64,000 nt of DNA. Origin: Nemertoderma westbladi (Eukaryota > Animalia > Xenacoelomorpha). The translations under genes were made by a program, and so were the position numbers. The stretch is taken from NCBI GenBank assembly GCA_032718475.1, contig JAUCBJ010007776.1, positions 47,679 to 111,678 of the forward strand. The letters run 5' to 3'. The notes beneath the pieces are model-generated. The model did not search any database, had not been told where the DNA came from, and saw nothing but the letters and a program-made list of their open reading frames with translations. Each line of letters opens with the position of its first letter. Position 1 is the stretch's first letter. Shown piece after piece: positions 21,760 to 36,700 of this stretch.

Positions 21760-24700
21760 AAATGAATTAAAACACCAGCCATTGTGTGACACGCCCTGTA
21801 GGTCGATCTCAATATCAAATAGGTCAATCAAGTCTAAATGAATTAAAACACCAGTCATTGTGTGACACGCCCTGTAGGTCGATCTCACTGACTATCAAAT
21901 AGGTCAATCAAGTCTAAATGAATTAAAACACCAGCCATTGTGTGACACGCCATGTAGGTCGATCTCAATATCAAATAGGTCAATCAAGTGTAAATGAATT
22001 AAAACACCAGTCATTGTGTGACACGCCCTGTAGGTCGATCTCAATATCAAATAGGTCAATCAAGTGTAAATGAATTAAAACACCAGTCATTGTGTGACAC
22101 GCCCTGTAGGTCGATCTCACTGACTATCAAATAGGTCAATCAAGTCTAAATGAATTAAAACACCAGTCATTGTGTGACACGCCCTGTAGGTCGATCTCAC
22201 TGACTATCAAATAGGTCAATCAAGTCTAAATGAATTAAAACACCAGTCATTGTGTGACACGCCCTGTAGGTCGATCTCACTGACTATCAAATAGGTCAAT
22301 CAAGTCTAAATGAATTAAAATACCAGTCATTGTGTGACACGCCCTGTAGGTCGATCTCAATATCAAATAGGTCAATCAAGTCTAAATGAATTAAAACACC
22401 AGTCATTGTGTGACACGCCCTGTAGGTCGATCTCAATATCAAATAGGTCAATCAAGTCTAAATGAATTAAAACACCAGTCATTGTGTGACACGCCCTGTA
22501 GGTCGATCTCAATATCAAATAGGTCAATCAAGTCTAAATGAATTAAAACACCAGTCATTGTGTGACACGCCCTGTAGGTCGATCTCAATATCAAATAGGT
22601 CAATCAAGTCTAAATGAATTAAAACACCAGTCATTGTGTGACACGCCCTGTAGGTCGATCTCACTGACTATCAAATAGGTCAATCAAGTCTAAATGAATT
22701 AAAACACCAGCCATTGTGTGACACGCCCTGTAGGTCGATCTCACTGACTATCAAATAGGTCAATCAAGTCTAAATGAATTAAAACACCAGTCATTGTGTG
22801 ACACGCCCTGTAGGTCGATCTCACTGACTATCAAATAGGTCAATCAAGTCTAAATGAATTAAAACACCAGTCATTGTGTGACACGCCCTGTAGGTCGATC
22901 TCACTGACTATCAAATAGGTCAATCAAGTCTAAATGAATTAAAACACCAGCCATTGTGTGACACGCCATGTAGGTCGATCTCAATATCAAATAGGTCAAT
23001 CAAGTCTAAATGAATTAAAACACCAGTCATTGTGTGACACGCCCTGTAGGTCGATCTCACTGACTATCAAATAGGTCAATCAAGTCTAAATGAATTAAAA
23101 CACCAGTCATTGTGTGACACGCCCTGTAGGTCGATCTCAATATCAAATAGGTCAATCAAGTCTAAATGAATTAAAATACCAGTCATTGTGTGACACGCCC
23201 TGTAGGTCGATCTCAATATCAAATAGGTCAATCAAGTCTAAATGAATTAAAACACCAGTCATTGTGTGACACGCCCTGTAGGTCGATCTCAATATCAAAT
23301 AGGTCAATCAAGTCTAAATGAATTAAAACACCAGTCATTGTGTGACACGCCCTGTAGGTCGATCTCAATATCAAATAGGTCAATCAAGTCTAAATGAATT
23401 AAAACACCAGTCATTGTGTGACACGCCCTGTAGGTCGATCTCAATATCAAATAGGTCAATCAAGTCTAAATGAATTAAAACACCAGTCATTGTGTGACAC
23501 GCCCTGTAGGTCGATCTCAATATCAAATAGGTCAATCAAGTCTAAATGAATTAAAACACCAGTCATTGTGTGACACGCCCTGTAGGTCGATCTCAATATC
23601 AAATAGGTCAATCAAGTCTAAATGAATTAAAACACCAGTCATTGTGTGACACGCCCTGTAGGTCGATCTCAATATCAAATAGGTCAATCAAGTCTAAATG
23701 AATTAAAACACCAGTCATTGTGTGACACGCCCTGTAGGTCGATCTCAATATCAAATAGGTCAATCAAGTCTAAATGAATTAAAACACCAGTCATTGTGTG
23801 ACACGCCCTGTAGGTCGATCTCAATATCAAATAGGTCAATCAAGTCTAAATGAATTAAAACACCAGTCATTGTGTGACACGCCCTGTAGGTCGATCTCAA
23901 TATCAAATAGGTCAATCAAGTCTAAATGAATTAAAATACCAGTCATTGTGTGACACGCCCTGTAGGTCGATCTCAATATCAAATAGGTCAATCAAGTCTA
24001 AATGAATTAAAACACCAGTCATTGTGTGACACGCCCTGTAGGTCGATCTCAATATCAAATAGGTCAATCAAGTCTAAATGAATTAAAACACCAGTCATTG
24101 TGTGACACGCCCTGTAGGTCGATCTCAATATCAAATAGGTCAATCAAGTCTAAATGAATTAAAATACCAGTCATTGTGTGACACGCCCTGTAGGTCGATC
24201 TCAATATCAAATAGGTCAATCAAGTCTAAATGAATTAAAATACCAGTCATTGTGTGACACGCCCTGTAGGTCGATCTCAATATCAAATAGGTCAATCAAG
24301 TCTAAATGAATTAAAACACCAGTCATTGTGTGACACGCCCTGTAGGTCGATCTCAATATCAAATAGGTCAATCAAGTCTAAATGAATTAAAACACCAGTC
24401 ATTGTGTGACACGCCCTGTAGGTCGATCTCACTGACTATCAAATAGGTCAATCAAGTCTAAATGAATTAAAACACCAGTCATTGTGTGACACGCCCTGTA
24501 GGTCGATCTCAATATCAAATAGGTCAATCAAGTCTAAATGAATTAAAACACCAGTCATTGTTTGACACGCCCTGTAGGTCGATCTCAATATCAAATAGGT
24601 CAATCAAGTCTAAATGAATTAAAACACCAGTCATTGTGTGACACGCCCTGTAGGTCGATCTCAATATCAAATAGGTCAATCAAGTCTAAATGAATTAAAA

Positions 24701-27700
24701 TACCAGTCATTGTGTGACACGCCCTGTAGGTCGATCTCAATATCAAATAGGTCAATCAAGTCTAAATGAATTAAAATACCAGTCATTGTGTGACACGCCC
24801 TGTAGGTCGATCTCACTGACTATCAAATAGGTCAATCAAGTCTAAATGAATTAAAACACCAGCCATTGTGTGACACGCCCTGTAGGTCGATCTCAATATC
24901 AAATAGGTCAATCAAGTCTAAATGAATTAAAACACCAGTCATTGTGTGACACGCCCTGTAGGTCGATCTCAATATCAAATAGGTCAATCAAGTCTAAATG
25001 AATTAAAACACCAGTCATTGTGTGACACGCCCTGTAGGTCGATCTCAATATCAAATAGGTCAATCAAGTCTAAATGAATTAAAACACCAGTCATTGTGTG
25101 ACACGCCATGTAGGTCGATCTCACTGACTATCAAATAGGTCAATCAAGTCTAAATGAATTAAAACACCAGTCATTGTGTGACACGCCATGTAGGTCGATC
25201 TCAATATCAAATAGGTCAATCAAGTCTAAATGAATTAAAACACCAGTCATTGTGTGACACGCCCTGTAGGTCGATCTCAATATCAAATAGGTCAATCAAG
25301 TCTAAATGAATTAAAACACCAGTCATTGTGTGACACGCCCTGTAGGTCGATCTCACTGACTATCAAATAGGTCAATCAAGTCTAAATGAATTAAAACACC
25401 AGTCATTGTGTGACACGCCCTGTAGGTCGATCTCACTGACTATCAAATAGGTCAATCAAGTCTAAATGAATTAAAACACCAGCCATTGTGTGACACGCCC
25501 TGTAGGTCGATCTCACTGACTATCAAATAGGTCAATCAAGTCTAAATGAATTAAAACACCAGCCATTGTGTGACACGCCCTGTAGGTCGATCTCACTGAC
25601 TATCAAATAGGTCAATCAAGTCTAAATGAATTAAAACACCAGTCATTGTGTGACACGCCCTGTAGGTCGATCTCACTGACTATCAAATAGGTCAATCAAG
25701 TCTAAATGAATTAAAACACCAGTCATTGTGTGACACGCCCTGTAGGTCGATCTCAATATCAAATAGGTCAATCAAGTCTAAATGAATTAAAACACCAGTC
25801 ATTGTGTGACACGCCCTGTAGGTCGATCTCAATATCAAATAGGTCAATCAAGTCTAAATGAATTAAAACACCAGTCATTGTGTGACACGCCCTGTAGGTC
25901 GATCTCAATATCAAATAGGTCAATCAAGTCTAAATGAATTAAAACACCAGTCATTGTGTGACACGCCCTGTAGGTCGATCTCAATATCAAATAGGTCAAT
26001 CAAGTCTAAATGAATTAAAACACCAGTCATTGTGTGACACGCCCTGTAGGTCGATCTCACTGACTATCAAATAGGTCAATCAAGTCTAAATGAATTAAAA
26101 CACCAGCCATTGTGTGACACGCCCTGTAGGTCGATCTCACTGACTATCAAATAGGTCAATCAAGTCTAAATGAATTAAAACACCAGTCATTGTGTGACAC
26201 GCCCTGTAGGTCGATCTCACTGACTATCAAATAGGTCAATCAAGTCTAAATGAATTAAAACACCAGCCATTGTGTGACACGCCCTGTAGGTCGATCTCAC
26301 TGACTATCAAATAGGTCAATCAAGTCTAAATGAATTAAAACACCAGTCATTGTGTGACACGCCCTGTAGGTCGATCTCACTGACTATCAAATAGGTCAAT
26401 CAAGTCTAAATGAATTAAAATACCAGTCATTGTGTGACACGCCCTGTAGGTCGATCTCACTGACTATCAAATAGGTCAATCAAGTCTAAATGAATTAAAA
26501 CACCAGCCATTGTGTGACACGCCCTGTAGGTCGATCTCACTGACTATCAAATAGGTCAATCAAGTCTAAATGAATTAAAACACCAGTCATTGTGTGACAC
26601 GCCCTGTAGGTCGATCTCACTGACTATCAAATAGGTCAATCAAGTCTAAATGAATTAAAACACCAGTCATTGTGTGACACGTCCTGTAGGTCGATCTCAA
26701 TATCAAATAGGTCAATCAAGTCTAAATGAATTAAAACACCAGTCATTGTGTGACACGCCCTGTAGGTCGATCTCACTGACTATCAAATAGGTCAATCAAG
26801 TCTAAATGAATTAAAACACCAGTCATTGTGTGACACGTCCTGTAGGTCGATCTCAATATCAAATAGGTCAATCAAGTCTAAATGAATTAAAACACCAGTC
26901 ATTGTGTGACACGCCCTGTAGGTCGATCTCACTGACTATCAAATAGGTCAATCAAGTCTAAATGAATTAAAACACCAGTCATTGTGTGACACGCCCTGTA
27001 GGTCGATCTCACTGACTATCAAATAGGTCAATCAAGTCTAAATGAATTAAAACACCAGCCATTGTGTGACACGCCCTGTAGGTCGATCTCACTGACTATC
27101 AAATAGGTCAATCAAGTCTAAATGAATTAAAACACCAGTCATTGTGTGACACGCCCTGTAGGTCGATCTCACTGACTATCAAATAGGTCAATCAAGTCTA
27201 AATGAATTAAAACACCAGTCATTGTGTGACACGTCCTGTAGGTCGATCTCAATATCAAATAGGTCAATCAAGTCTAAATGAATTAAAACACCAGTCATTG
27301 TGTGACACGCCCTGTAGGTCGATCTCACTGACTATCAAATAGGTCAATCAAGTCTAAATGAATTAAAACACCAGTCATTGTGTGACACGCCCTGTAGGTC
27401 GATCTCACTGACTATCAAATAGGTCAATCAAGTCTAAATGAATTAAAACACCAGCCATTGTGTGACACGCCATGTAGGTCGATCTCAATATCAAATAGGT
27501 CAATCAAGTCTAAATGAATTAAAATACCAGTCATTGTGTGACACGCCCTGTAGGTCGATCTCACTGACTATCAAATAGGTCAATCAAGTCTAAATGAATT
27601 AAAACACCAGTCATTGTGTGACACGCCCTGTAGGTCGATCTCACTGACTATCAAATAGGTCAATCAAGTCTAAATGAATTAAAACACCAGCCATTGTGTG

Positions 27701-30700
27701 ACACGCCATGTAGGTCGATCTCAATATCAAATAGGTCAATCAAGTCTAAATGAATTAAAACACCAGTCATTGTGTGACACGCCCTGTAGGTCGATCTCAC
27801 TGACTATCAAATAGGTCAATCAAGTCTAAATGAATTAAAACACCAGCCATTGTGTGACACGCCATGTAGGTCGATCTCAATATCAAATAGGTCAATCAAG
27901 TCTAAATGAATTAAAATACCAGTCATTGTGTGACACGCCCTGTAGGTCGATCTCACTGACTATCAAATAGGTCAATCAAGTCTAAATGAATTAAAACACC
28001 AGTCATTGTGTGACACGCCCTGTAGGTCGATCTCACTGACTATCAAATAGGTCAATCAAGTCTAAATGAATTAAAACACCAGTCATTGTGTGACACGCCC
28101 TGTAGGTCGATCTCACTGACTATCAAATAGGTCAATCAAGTCTAAATGAATTAAAACACCAGTCATTGTGTGACACGCCCTGTAGGTCGATCTCAATATC
28201 AAATAGGTCAATCAAGTCTAAATGAATTAAAACACCAGTCATTGTGTGACACGCCCTGTAGGTCGATCTCAATATCAAATAGGTCAATCAAGTCTAAATG
28301 AATTAAAATACCAGTCATTGTGTGACACGCCCTGTAGGTCGATCTCACTGACTATCAAATAGGTCAATCAAGTCTAAATGAATTAAAACACCAGTCATTG
28401 TGTGACACGCCCTGTAGGTCGATCTCACTGACTATCAAATAGGTCAATCAAGTCTAAATGAATTAAAACACCAGTCATTGTGTGACACGCCCTGTAGGTC
28501 GATCTCAATATCAAATAGGTCAATCAAGTCTAAATGAATTAAAACACCAGTCATTGTGTGACACGCCCTGTAGGTCGATCTCAATATCAAATAGGTCAAT
28601 CAAGTCTAAATGAATTAAAACACCAGTCATTGTGTGACACGCCCTGTAGGTCGATCTCAATATCAAATAGGTCAATCAAGTCTAAATGAATTAAAACACC
28701 AGTCATTGTGTGACACGCCCTGTAGGTCGATCTCAATATCAAATAGGTCAATCAAGTCTAAATGAATTAAAACACCAGTCATTGTGTGACACGCCCTGTA
28801 GGTCGATCTCAATATCAAATAGGTCAATCAAGTCTAAATGAATTAAAACACCAGTCATTGTGTGACACGCCCTGTAGGTCGATCTCAATATCAAATAGGT
28901 CAATCAAGTCTAAATGAATTAAAATACCAGTCATTGTGTGACACGCCCTGTAGGTCGATCTCACTGACTATCAAATAGGTCAATCAAGTCTAAATGAATT
29001 AAAACACCAGCCATTGTGTGACACGCCATGTAGGTCGATCTCAATATCAAATAGGTCAATCAAGTCTAAATGAATTAAAATACCAGTCATTGTGTGACAC
29101 GCCCTGTAGGTCGATCTCACTGACTATCAAATAGGTCAATCAAGTCTAAATGAATTAAAACACCAGTCATTGTGTGACACGCCCTGTAGGTCGATCTCAA
29201 TATCAAATAGGTCAATCAAGTCTAAATGAATTAAAATACCAGTCATTGTGTGACACGCCCTGTAGGTCGATCTCACTGACTATCAAATAGGTCAATCAAG
29301 TCTAAATGAATTAAAACACCAGCCATTGTGTGACACGCCATGTAGGTCGATCTCAATATCAAATAGGTCAATCAAGTCTAAATGAATTAAAATACCAGTC
29401 ATTGTGTGACACGCCCTGTAGGTCGATCTCACTGACTATCAAATAGGTCAATCAAGTCTAAATGAATTAAAACACCAGTCATTGTGTGACACGCCCTGTA
29501 GGTCGATCTCAATATCAAATAGGTCAATCAAGTCTAAATGAATTAAAATACCAGTCATTGTGTGACACGCCCTGTAGGTCGATCTCACTGACTATCAAAT
29601 AGGTCAATCAAGTCTAAATGAATTAAAACACCAGTCATTGTGTGACACGCCCTGTAGGTCGATCTCAATATCAAATAGGTCAATCAAGTCTAAATGAATT
29701 AAAATACCAGTCATTGTGTGACACGCCCTGTAGGTCGATCTCACTGACTATCAAATAGGTCAATCAAGTCTAAATGAATTAAAACACCAGCCATTGTGTG
29801 ACACGCCATGTAGGTCGATCTCAATATCAAATAGGTCAATCAAGTCTAAATGAATTAAAATACCAGTCATTGTGTGACACGCCCTGTAGGTCGATCTCAC
29901 TGACTATCAAATAGGTCAATCAAGTCTAAATGAATTAAAACACCAGTCATTGTGTGACACGCCCTGTAGGTCGATCTCAATATCAAATAGGTCAATCAAG
30001 TCTAAATGAATTAAAATACCAGTCATTGTGTGACACGCCCTGTAGGTCGATCTCAATATCAAATAGGTCAATCAAGTCTAAATGAATTAAAACACCAGTC
30101 ATTGTGTGACACGCCCTGTAGGTCGATCTCACTGACTATCAAATAGGTCAATCAAGTCTAAATGAATTAAAACACCAGTCATTGTGTGACACGCCCTGTA
30201 GGTCGATCTCAATATCAAATAGGTCAATCAAGTCTAAATGAATTAAAATACCAGTCATTGTGTGACACGCCCTGTAGGTCGATCTCAATATCAAATAGGT
30301 CAATCAAGTCTAAATGAATTAAAATACCAGTCATTGTGTGACACGCCCTGTAGGTCGATCTCAATATCAAATAGGTCAATCAAGTCTAAATGAATTAAAA
30401 TACCAGTCATTGTGTGACACGCCCTGTAGGTCGATCTCAATATCAAATAGGTCAATCAAGTCTAAATGAATTAAAACACCAGTCATTGTGTGACACGCCC
30501 TGTAGGTCGATCTCAATATCAAATAGGTCAATCAAGTCTAAATGAATTAAAACACCAGTCATTGTGTGACACGCCCTGTAGGTCGATCTCACTGACTATC
30601 AAATAGGTCAATCAAGTCTAAATGAATTAAAACACCAGCCATTGTGTGACACGCCATGTAGGTCGATCTCAATATCAAATAGGTCAATCAAGTCTAAATG

Positions 30701-33700
30701 AATTAAAATACCAGTCATTGTGTGACACGCCCTGTAGGTCGATCTCAATATCAAATAGGTCAATCAAGTCTAAATGAATTAAAATACCAGTCATTGTGTG
30801 ACACGCCCTGTAGGTCGATCTCAATATCAAATAGGTCAATCAAGTCTAAATGAATTAAAACACCAGTCATTGTGTGACACGCCCTGTAGGTCGATCTCAA
30901 TATCAAATAGGTCAATCAAGTCTAAATGAATTAAAACACCAGTCATTGTGTGACACGCCCTGTAGGTCGATCTCACTGACTATCAAATAGGTCAATCAAG
31001 TCTAAATGAATTAAAACACCAGCCATTGTGTGACACGCCCTGTAGGTCGATCTCAATATCAAATAGGTCAATCAAGTCTAAATGAATTAAAACACCAGTC
31101 ATTGTGTGACACGCCCTGTAGGTCGATCTCACTGACTATCAAATAGGTCAATCAAGTCTAAATGAATTAAAACACCAGTCATTGTGTGACACGCCCTGTA
31201 GGTCGATCTCAATATCAAATAGGTCAATCAAGTCTAAATGAATTAAAACACCAGTCATTGTGTGACACGCCCTGTAGGTCGATCTCACTGACTATCAAAT
31301 AGGTCAATCAAGTCTAAATGAATTAAAACACCAGTCATTGTGTGACACGCCATGTAGGTCGATCTCAATATCAAATAGGTCAATCAAGTCTAAATGAATT
31401 AAAATACCAGTCATTGTGTGACACGCCCTGTAGGTCGATCTCAATATCAAATAGGTCAATCAAGTCTAAATGAATTAAAATACCAGTCATTGTGTGACAC
31501 GCCCTGTAGGTCGATCTCAATATCAAATAGGTCAATCAAGTCTAAATGAATTAAAACACCAGTCATTGTGTGACACGCCATGTAGGTCGATCTCAATATC
31601 AAATAGGTCAATCAAGTCTAAATGAATTAAAACACCAGTCATTGTGTGACACGCCCTGTAGGTCGATCTCAATATCAAATAGGTCAATCAAGTCTAAATG
31701 AATTAAAACACCAGTCATTGTGTGACACGCCCTGTAGGTCGATCTCACTGACTATCAAATAGGTCAATCAAGTCTAAATGAATTAAAACACCAGCCATTG
31801 TGTGACACGCCATGTAGGTCGATCTCAATATCAAATAGGTCAATCAAGTCTAAATGAATTAAAACACCAGTCATTGTGTGACACGCCCTGTAGGTCGATC
31901 TCACTGACTATCAAATAGGTCAATCAAGTCTAAATGAATTAAAACACCAGTCATTGTGTGACACGCCATGTAGGTCGATCTCAATATCAAATAGGTCAAT
32001 CAAGTCTAAATGAATTAAAACACCAGTCATTGTGTGACACGCCCTGTAGGTCGATCTCAATATCAAATAGGTCAATCAAGTCTAAATGAATTAAAACACC
32101 AGTCATTGTGTGACACGCCCTGTAGGTCGATCTCACTGACTATCAAATAGGTCAATCAAGTCTAAATGAATTAAAACACCAGCCATTGTGTGACACGCCA
32201 TGTAGGTCGATCTCAATATCAAATAGGTCAATCAAGTCTAAATGAATTAAAACACCAGTCATTGTGTGACACGCCCTGTAGGTCGATCTCACTGACTATC
32301 AAATAGGTCAATCAAGTCTAAATGAATTAAAACACCAGTCATTGTGTGACACGCCCTGTAGGTCGATCTCACTGACTATCAAATAGGTCAATCAAGTCTA
32401 AATGAATTAAAACACCAGTCATTGTGTGACACGCCCTGTAGGTCGATCTCAATATCAAATAGGTCAATCAAGTCTAAATGAATTAAAACACCAGTCATTG
32501 TGTGACACGCCCTGTAGGTCGATCTCAATATCAAATAGGTCAATCAAGTCTAAATGAATTAAAACACCAGTCATTGTGTGACACGCCCTGTAGGTCGATC
32601 TCACTGACTATCAAATAGGTCAATCAAGTCTAAATGAATTAAAACACCAGCCATTGTGTGACACGCCATGTAGGTCGATCTCAATATCAAATAGGTCAAT
32701 CAAGTCTAAATGAATTAAAATACCAGTCATTGTGTGACACGCCCTGTAGGTCGATCTCAATATCAAATAGGTCAATCAAGTCTAAATGAATTAAAACACC
32801 AGTCATTGTGTGACACGCCCTGTAGGTCGATCTCACTGACTATCAAATAGGTCAATCAAGTCTAAATGAATTAAAACACCAGTCATTGTGTGACACGCCC
32901 TGTAGGTCGATCTCAATATCAAATAGGTCAATCAAGTCTAAATGAATTAAAACACCAGTCATTGTGTGACACGCCCTGTAGGTCGATCTCACTGACTATC
33001 AAATAGGTCAATCAAGTCTAAATGAATTAAAACACCAGTCATTGTGTGACACGCCCTGTAGGTCGATCTCAATATCAAATAGGTCAATCAAGTCTAAATG
33101 AATTAAAATACCAGTCATTGTGTGACACGCCCTGTAGGTCGATCTCAATATCAAATAGGTCAATCAAGTCTAAATGAATTAAAACACCAGTCATTGTGTG
33201 ACACGCCATGTAGGTCGATCTCAATATCAAATAGGTCAATCAAGTCTAAATGAATTAAAACACCAGTCATTGTGTGACACGCCCTGTAGGTCGATCTCAA
33301 TATCAAATAGGTCAATCAAGTCTAAATGAATTAAAACACCAGTCATTGTGTGACACGCCCTGTAGGTCGATCTCACTGACTATCAAATAGGTCAATCAAG
33401 TCTAAATGAATTAAAACACCAGCCATTGTGTGACACGCCATGTAGGTCGATCTCAATATCAAATAGGTCAATCAAGTCTAAATGAATTAAAACACCAGTC
33501 ATTGTGTGACACGCCCTGTAGGTCGATCTCACTGACTATCAAATAGGTCAATCAAGTCTAAATGAATTAAAACACCAGTCATTGTGTGACACGCCATGTA
33601 GGTCGATCTCAATATCAAATAGGTCAATCAAGTCTAAATGAATTAAAACACCAGTCATTGTGTGACACGCCCTGTAGGTCGATCTCAATATCAAATAGGT

Positions 33701-36700
33701 CAATCAAGTCTAAATGAATTAAAACACCAGTCATTGTGTGACACGCCCTGTAGGTCGATCTCACTGACTATCAAATAGGTCAATCAAGTCTAAATGAATT
33801 AAAACACCAGCCATTGTGTGACACGCCATGTAGGTCGATCTCAATATCAAATAGGTCAATCAAGTCTAAATGAATTAAAACACCAGTCATTGTGTGACAC
33901 GCCCTGTAGGTCGATCTCACTGACTATCAAATAGGTCAATCAAGTCTAAATGAATTAAAACACCAGTCATTGTGTGACACGCCCTGTAGGTCGATCTCAA
34001 TATCAAATAGGTCAATCAAGTCTAAATGAATTAAAATACCAGTCATTGTGTGACACGCCCTGTAGGTCGATCTCAATATCAAATAGGTCAATCAAGTCTA
34101 AATGAATTAAAACACCAGTCATTGTGTGACACGCCCTGTAGGTCGATCTCACTGACTATCAAATAGGTCAATCAAGTCTAAATGAATTAAAACACCAGTC
34201 ATTGTGTGACACGCCCTGTAGGTCGATCTCAATATCAAATAGGTCAATCAAGTCTAAATGAATTAAAATACCAGTCATTGTGTGACACGCCCTGTAGGTC
34301 GATCTCAATATCAAATAGGTCAATCAAGTCTAAATGAATTAAAACACCAGTCATTGTGTGACACGCCATGTAGGTCGATCTCAATATCAAATAGGTCAAT
34401 CAAGTCTAAATGAATTAAAACACCAGTCATTGTGTGACACGCCCTGTAGGTCGATCTCAATATCAAATAGGTCAATCAAGTCTAAATGAATTAAAACACC
34501 AGTCATTGTGTGACACGCCCTGTAGGTCGATCTCAATATCAAATAGGTCAATCAAGTCTAAATGAATTAAAACACCAGTCATTGTGTGACACGCCCTGTA
34601 GGTCGATCTCAATATCAAATAGGTCAATCAAGTCTAAATGAATTAAAACACCAGTCATTGTGTGACACGCCCTGTAGGTCGATCTCAATATCAAATAGGT
34701 CAATCAAGTCTAAATGAATTAAAACACCAGTCATTGTGTGACACGCCCTGTAGGTCGATCTCACTGACTATCAAATAGGTCAATCAAGTCTAAATGAATT
34801 AAAACACCAGCCATTGTGTGACACGCCATGTAGGTCGATCTCAATATCAAATAGGTCAATCAAGTCTAAATGAATTAAAACACCAGTCATTGTGTGACAC
34901 GCCCTGTAGGTCGATCTCACTGACTATCAAATAGGTCAATCAAGTCTAAATGAATTAAAACACCAGTCATTGTGTGACACGCCCTGTAGGTCGATCTCAC
35001 TGACTATCAAATAGGTCAATCAAGTCTAAATGAATTAAAACACCAGTCATTGTGTGACACGCCCTGTAGGTCGATCTCACTGACTATCAAATAGGTCAAT
35101 CAAGTCTAAATGAATTAAAACACCAGTCATTGTGTGACACGCCCTGTAGGTCGATCTCAATATCAAATAGGTCAATCAAGTCTAAATGAATTAAAACACC
35201 AGTCATTGTGTGACACGCCCTGTAGGTCGATCTCACTGACTATCAAATAGGTCAATCAAGTCTAAATGAATTAAAACACCAGTCATTGTGTGACACGCCC
35301 TGTAGGTCGATCTCAATATCAAATAGGTCAATCAAGTCTAAATGAATTAAAACACCAGTCATTGTGTGACACGCCCTGTAGGTCGATCTCAATATCAAAT
35401 AGGTCAATCAAGTCTAAATGAATTAAAACACCAGTCATTGTGTGACACGCCCTGTAGGTCGATCTCAATATCAAATAGGTCAATCAAGTCTAAATGAATT
35501 AAAACACCAGTCATTGTGTGACACGCCCTGTAGGTCGATCTCACTGACTATCAAATAGGTCAATCAAGTCTAAATGAATTAAAACACCAGTCATTGTGTG
35601 ACACGCCCTGTAGGTCGATCTCACTGACTATCAAATAGGTCAATCAAGTCTAAATGAATTAAAACACCAGTCATTGTGTGACACGCCCTGTAGGTCGATC
35701 TCACTGATATCAAATAGGTCAATCAAGTCTAAATGAATTAAAATACCAGTCATTGTGTGACACGCCCTGTAGGTCGATCTCAATATCAAATAGGTCAATC
35801 AAGTCTAAATGAATTAAAACACCAGTCATTGTGTGACACGCCCTGTAGGTCGATCTCACTGACTATCAAATAGGTCAATCAAGTCTAAATGAATTAAAAC
35901 ACCAGTCATTGTGTGACACGCCCTGTAGGTCGATCTCAATATCAAATAGGTCAATCAAGTCTAAATGAATTAAAACACCAGTCATTGTGTGACACGCCCT
36001 GTAGGTCGATCTCAATATCAAATAGGTCAATCAAGTCTAAATGAATTAAAACACCAGTCATTGTGTGACACGCCCTGTAGGTCGATCTCACTGACTATCA
36101 AATAGGTCAATCAAGTCTAAATGAATTAAAACACCAGTCATTGTGTGACACGCCCTGTAGGTCGATCTCACTGACTATCAAATAGGTCAATCAAGTCTAA
36201 ATGAATTAAAACACCAGTCATTGTGTGACACGCCCTGTAGGTCGATCTCAATATCAAATAGGTCAATCAAGTCTAAATGAATTAAAACACCAGTCATTGT
36301 GTGACACGCCCTGTAGGTCGATCTCAATATCAAATAGGTCAATCAAGTCTAAATGAATTAAAACACCAGTCATTGTGTGACACGCCCTGTAGGTCGATCT
36401 CACTGACTATCAAATAGGTCAATCAAGTCTAAATGAATTAAAACACCAGTCATTGTGTGACACGCCCTGTAGGTCGATCTCACTGACTATCAAATAGGTC
36501 AATCAAGTCTAAATGAATTAAAACACCAGTCATTGTGTGACACGCCCTGTAGGTCGATCTCAATATCAAATAGGTCAATCAAGTCTAAATGAATTAAAAC
36601 ACCAGTCATTGTGTGACACGCCCTGTAGGTCGATCTCAATATCAAATAGGTCAATCAAGTCTAAATGAATTAAAACACCAGTCATTGTGTGACACGCCCT

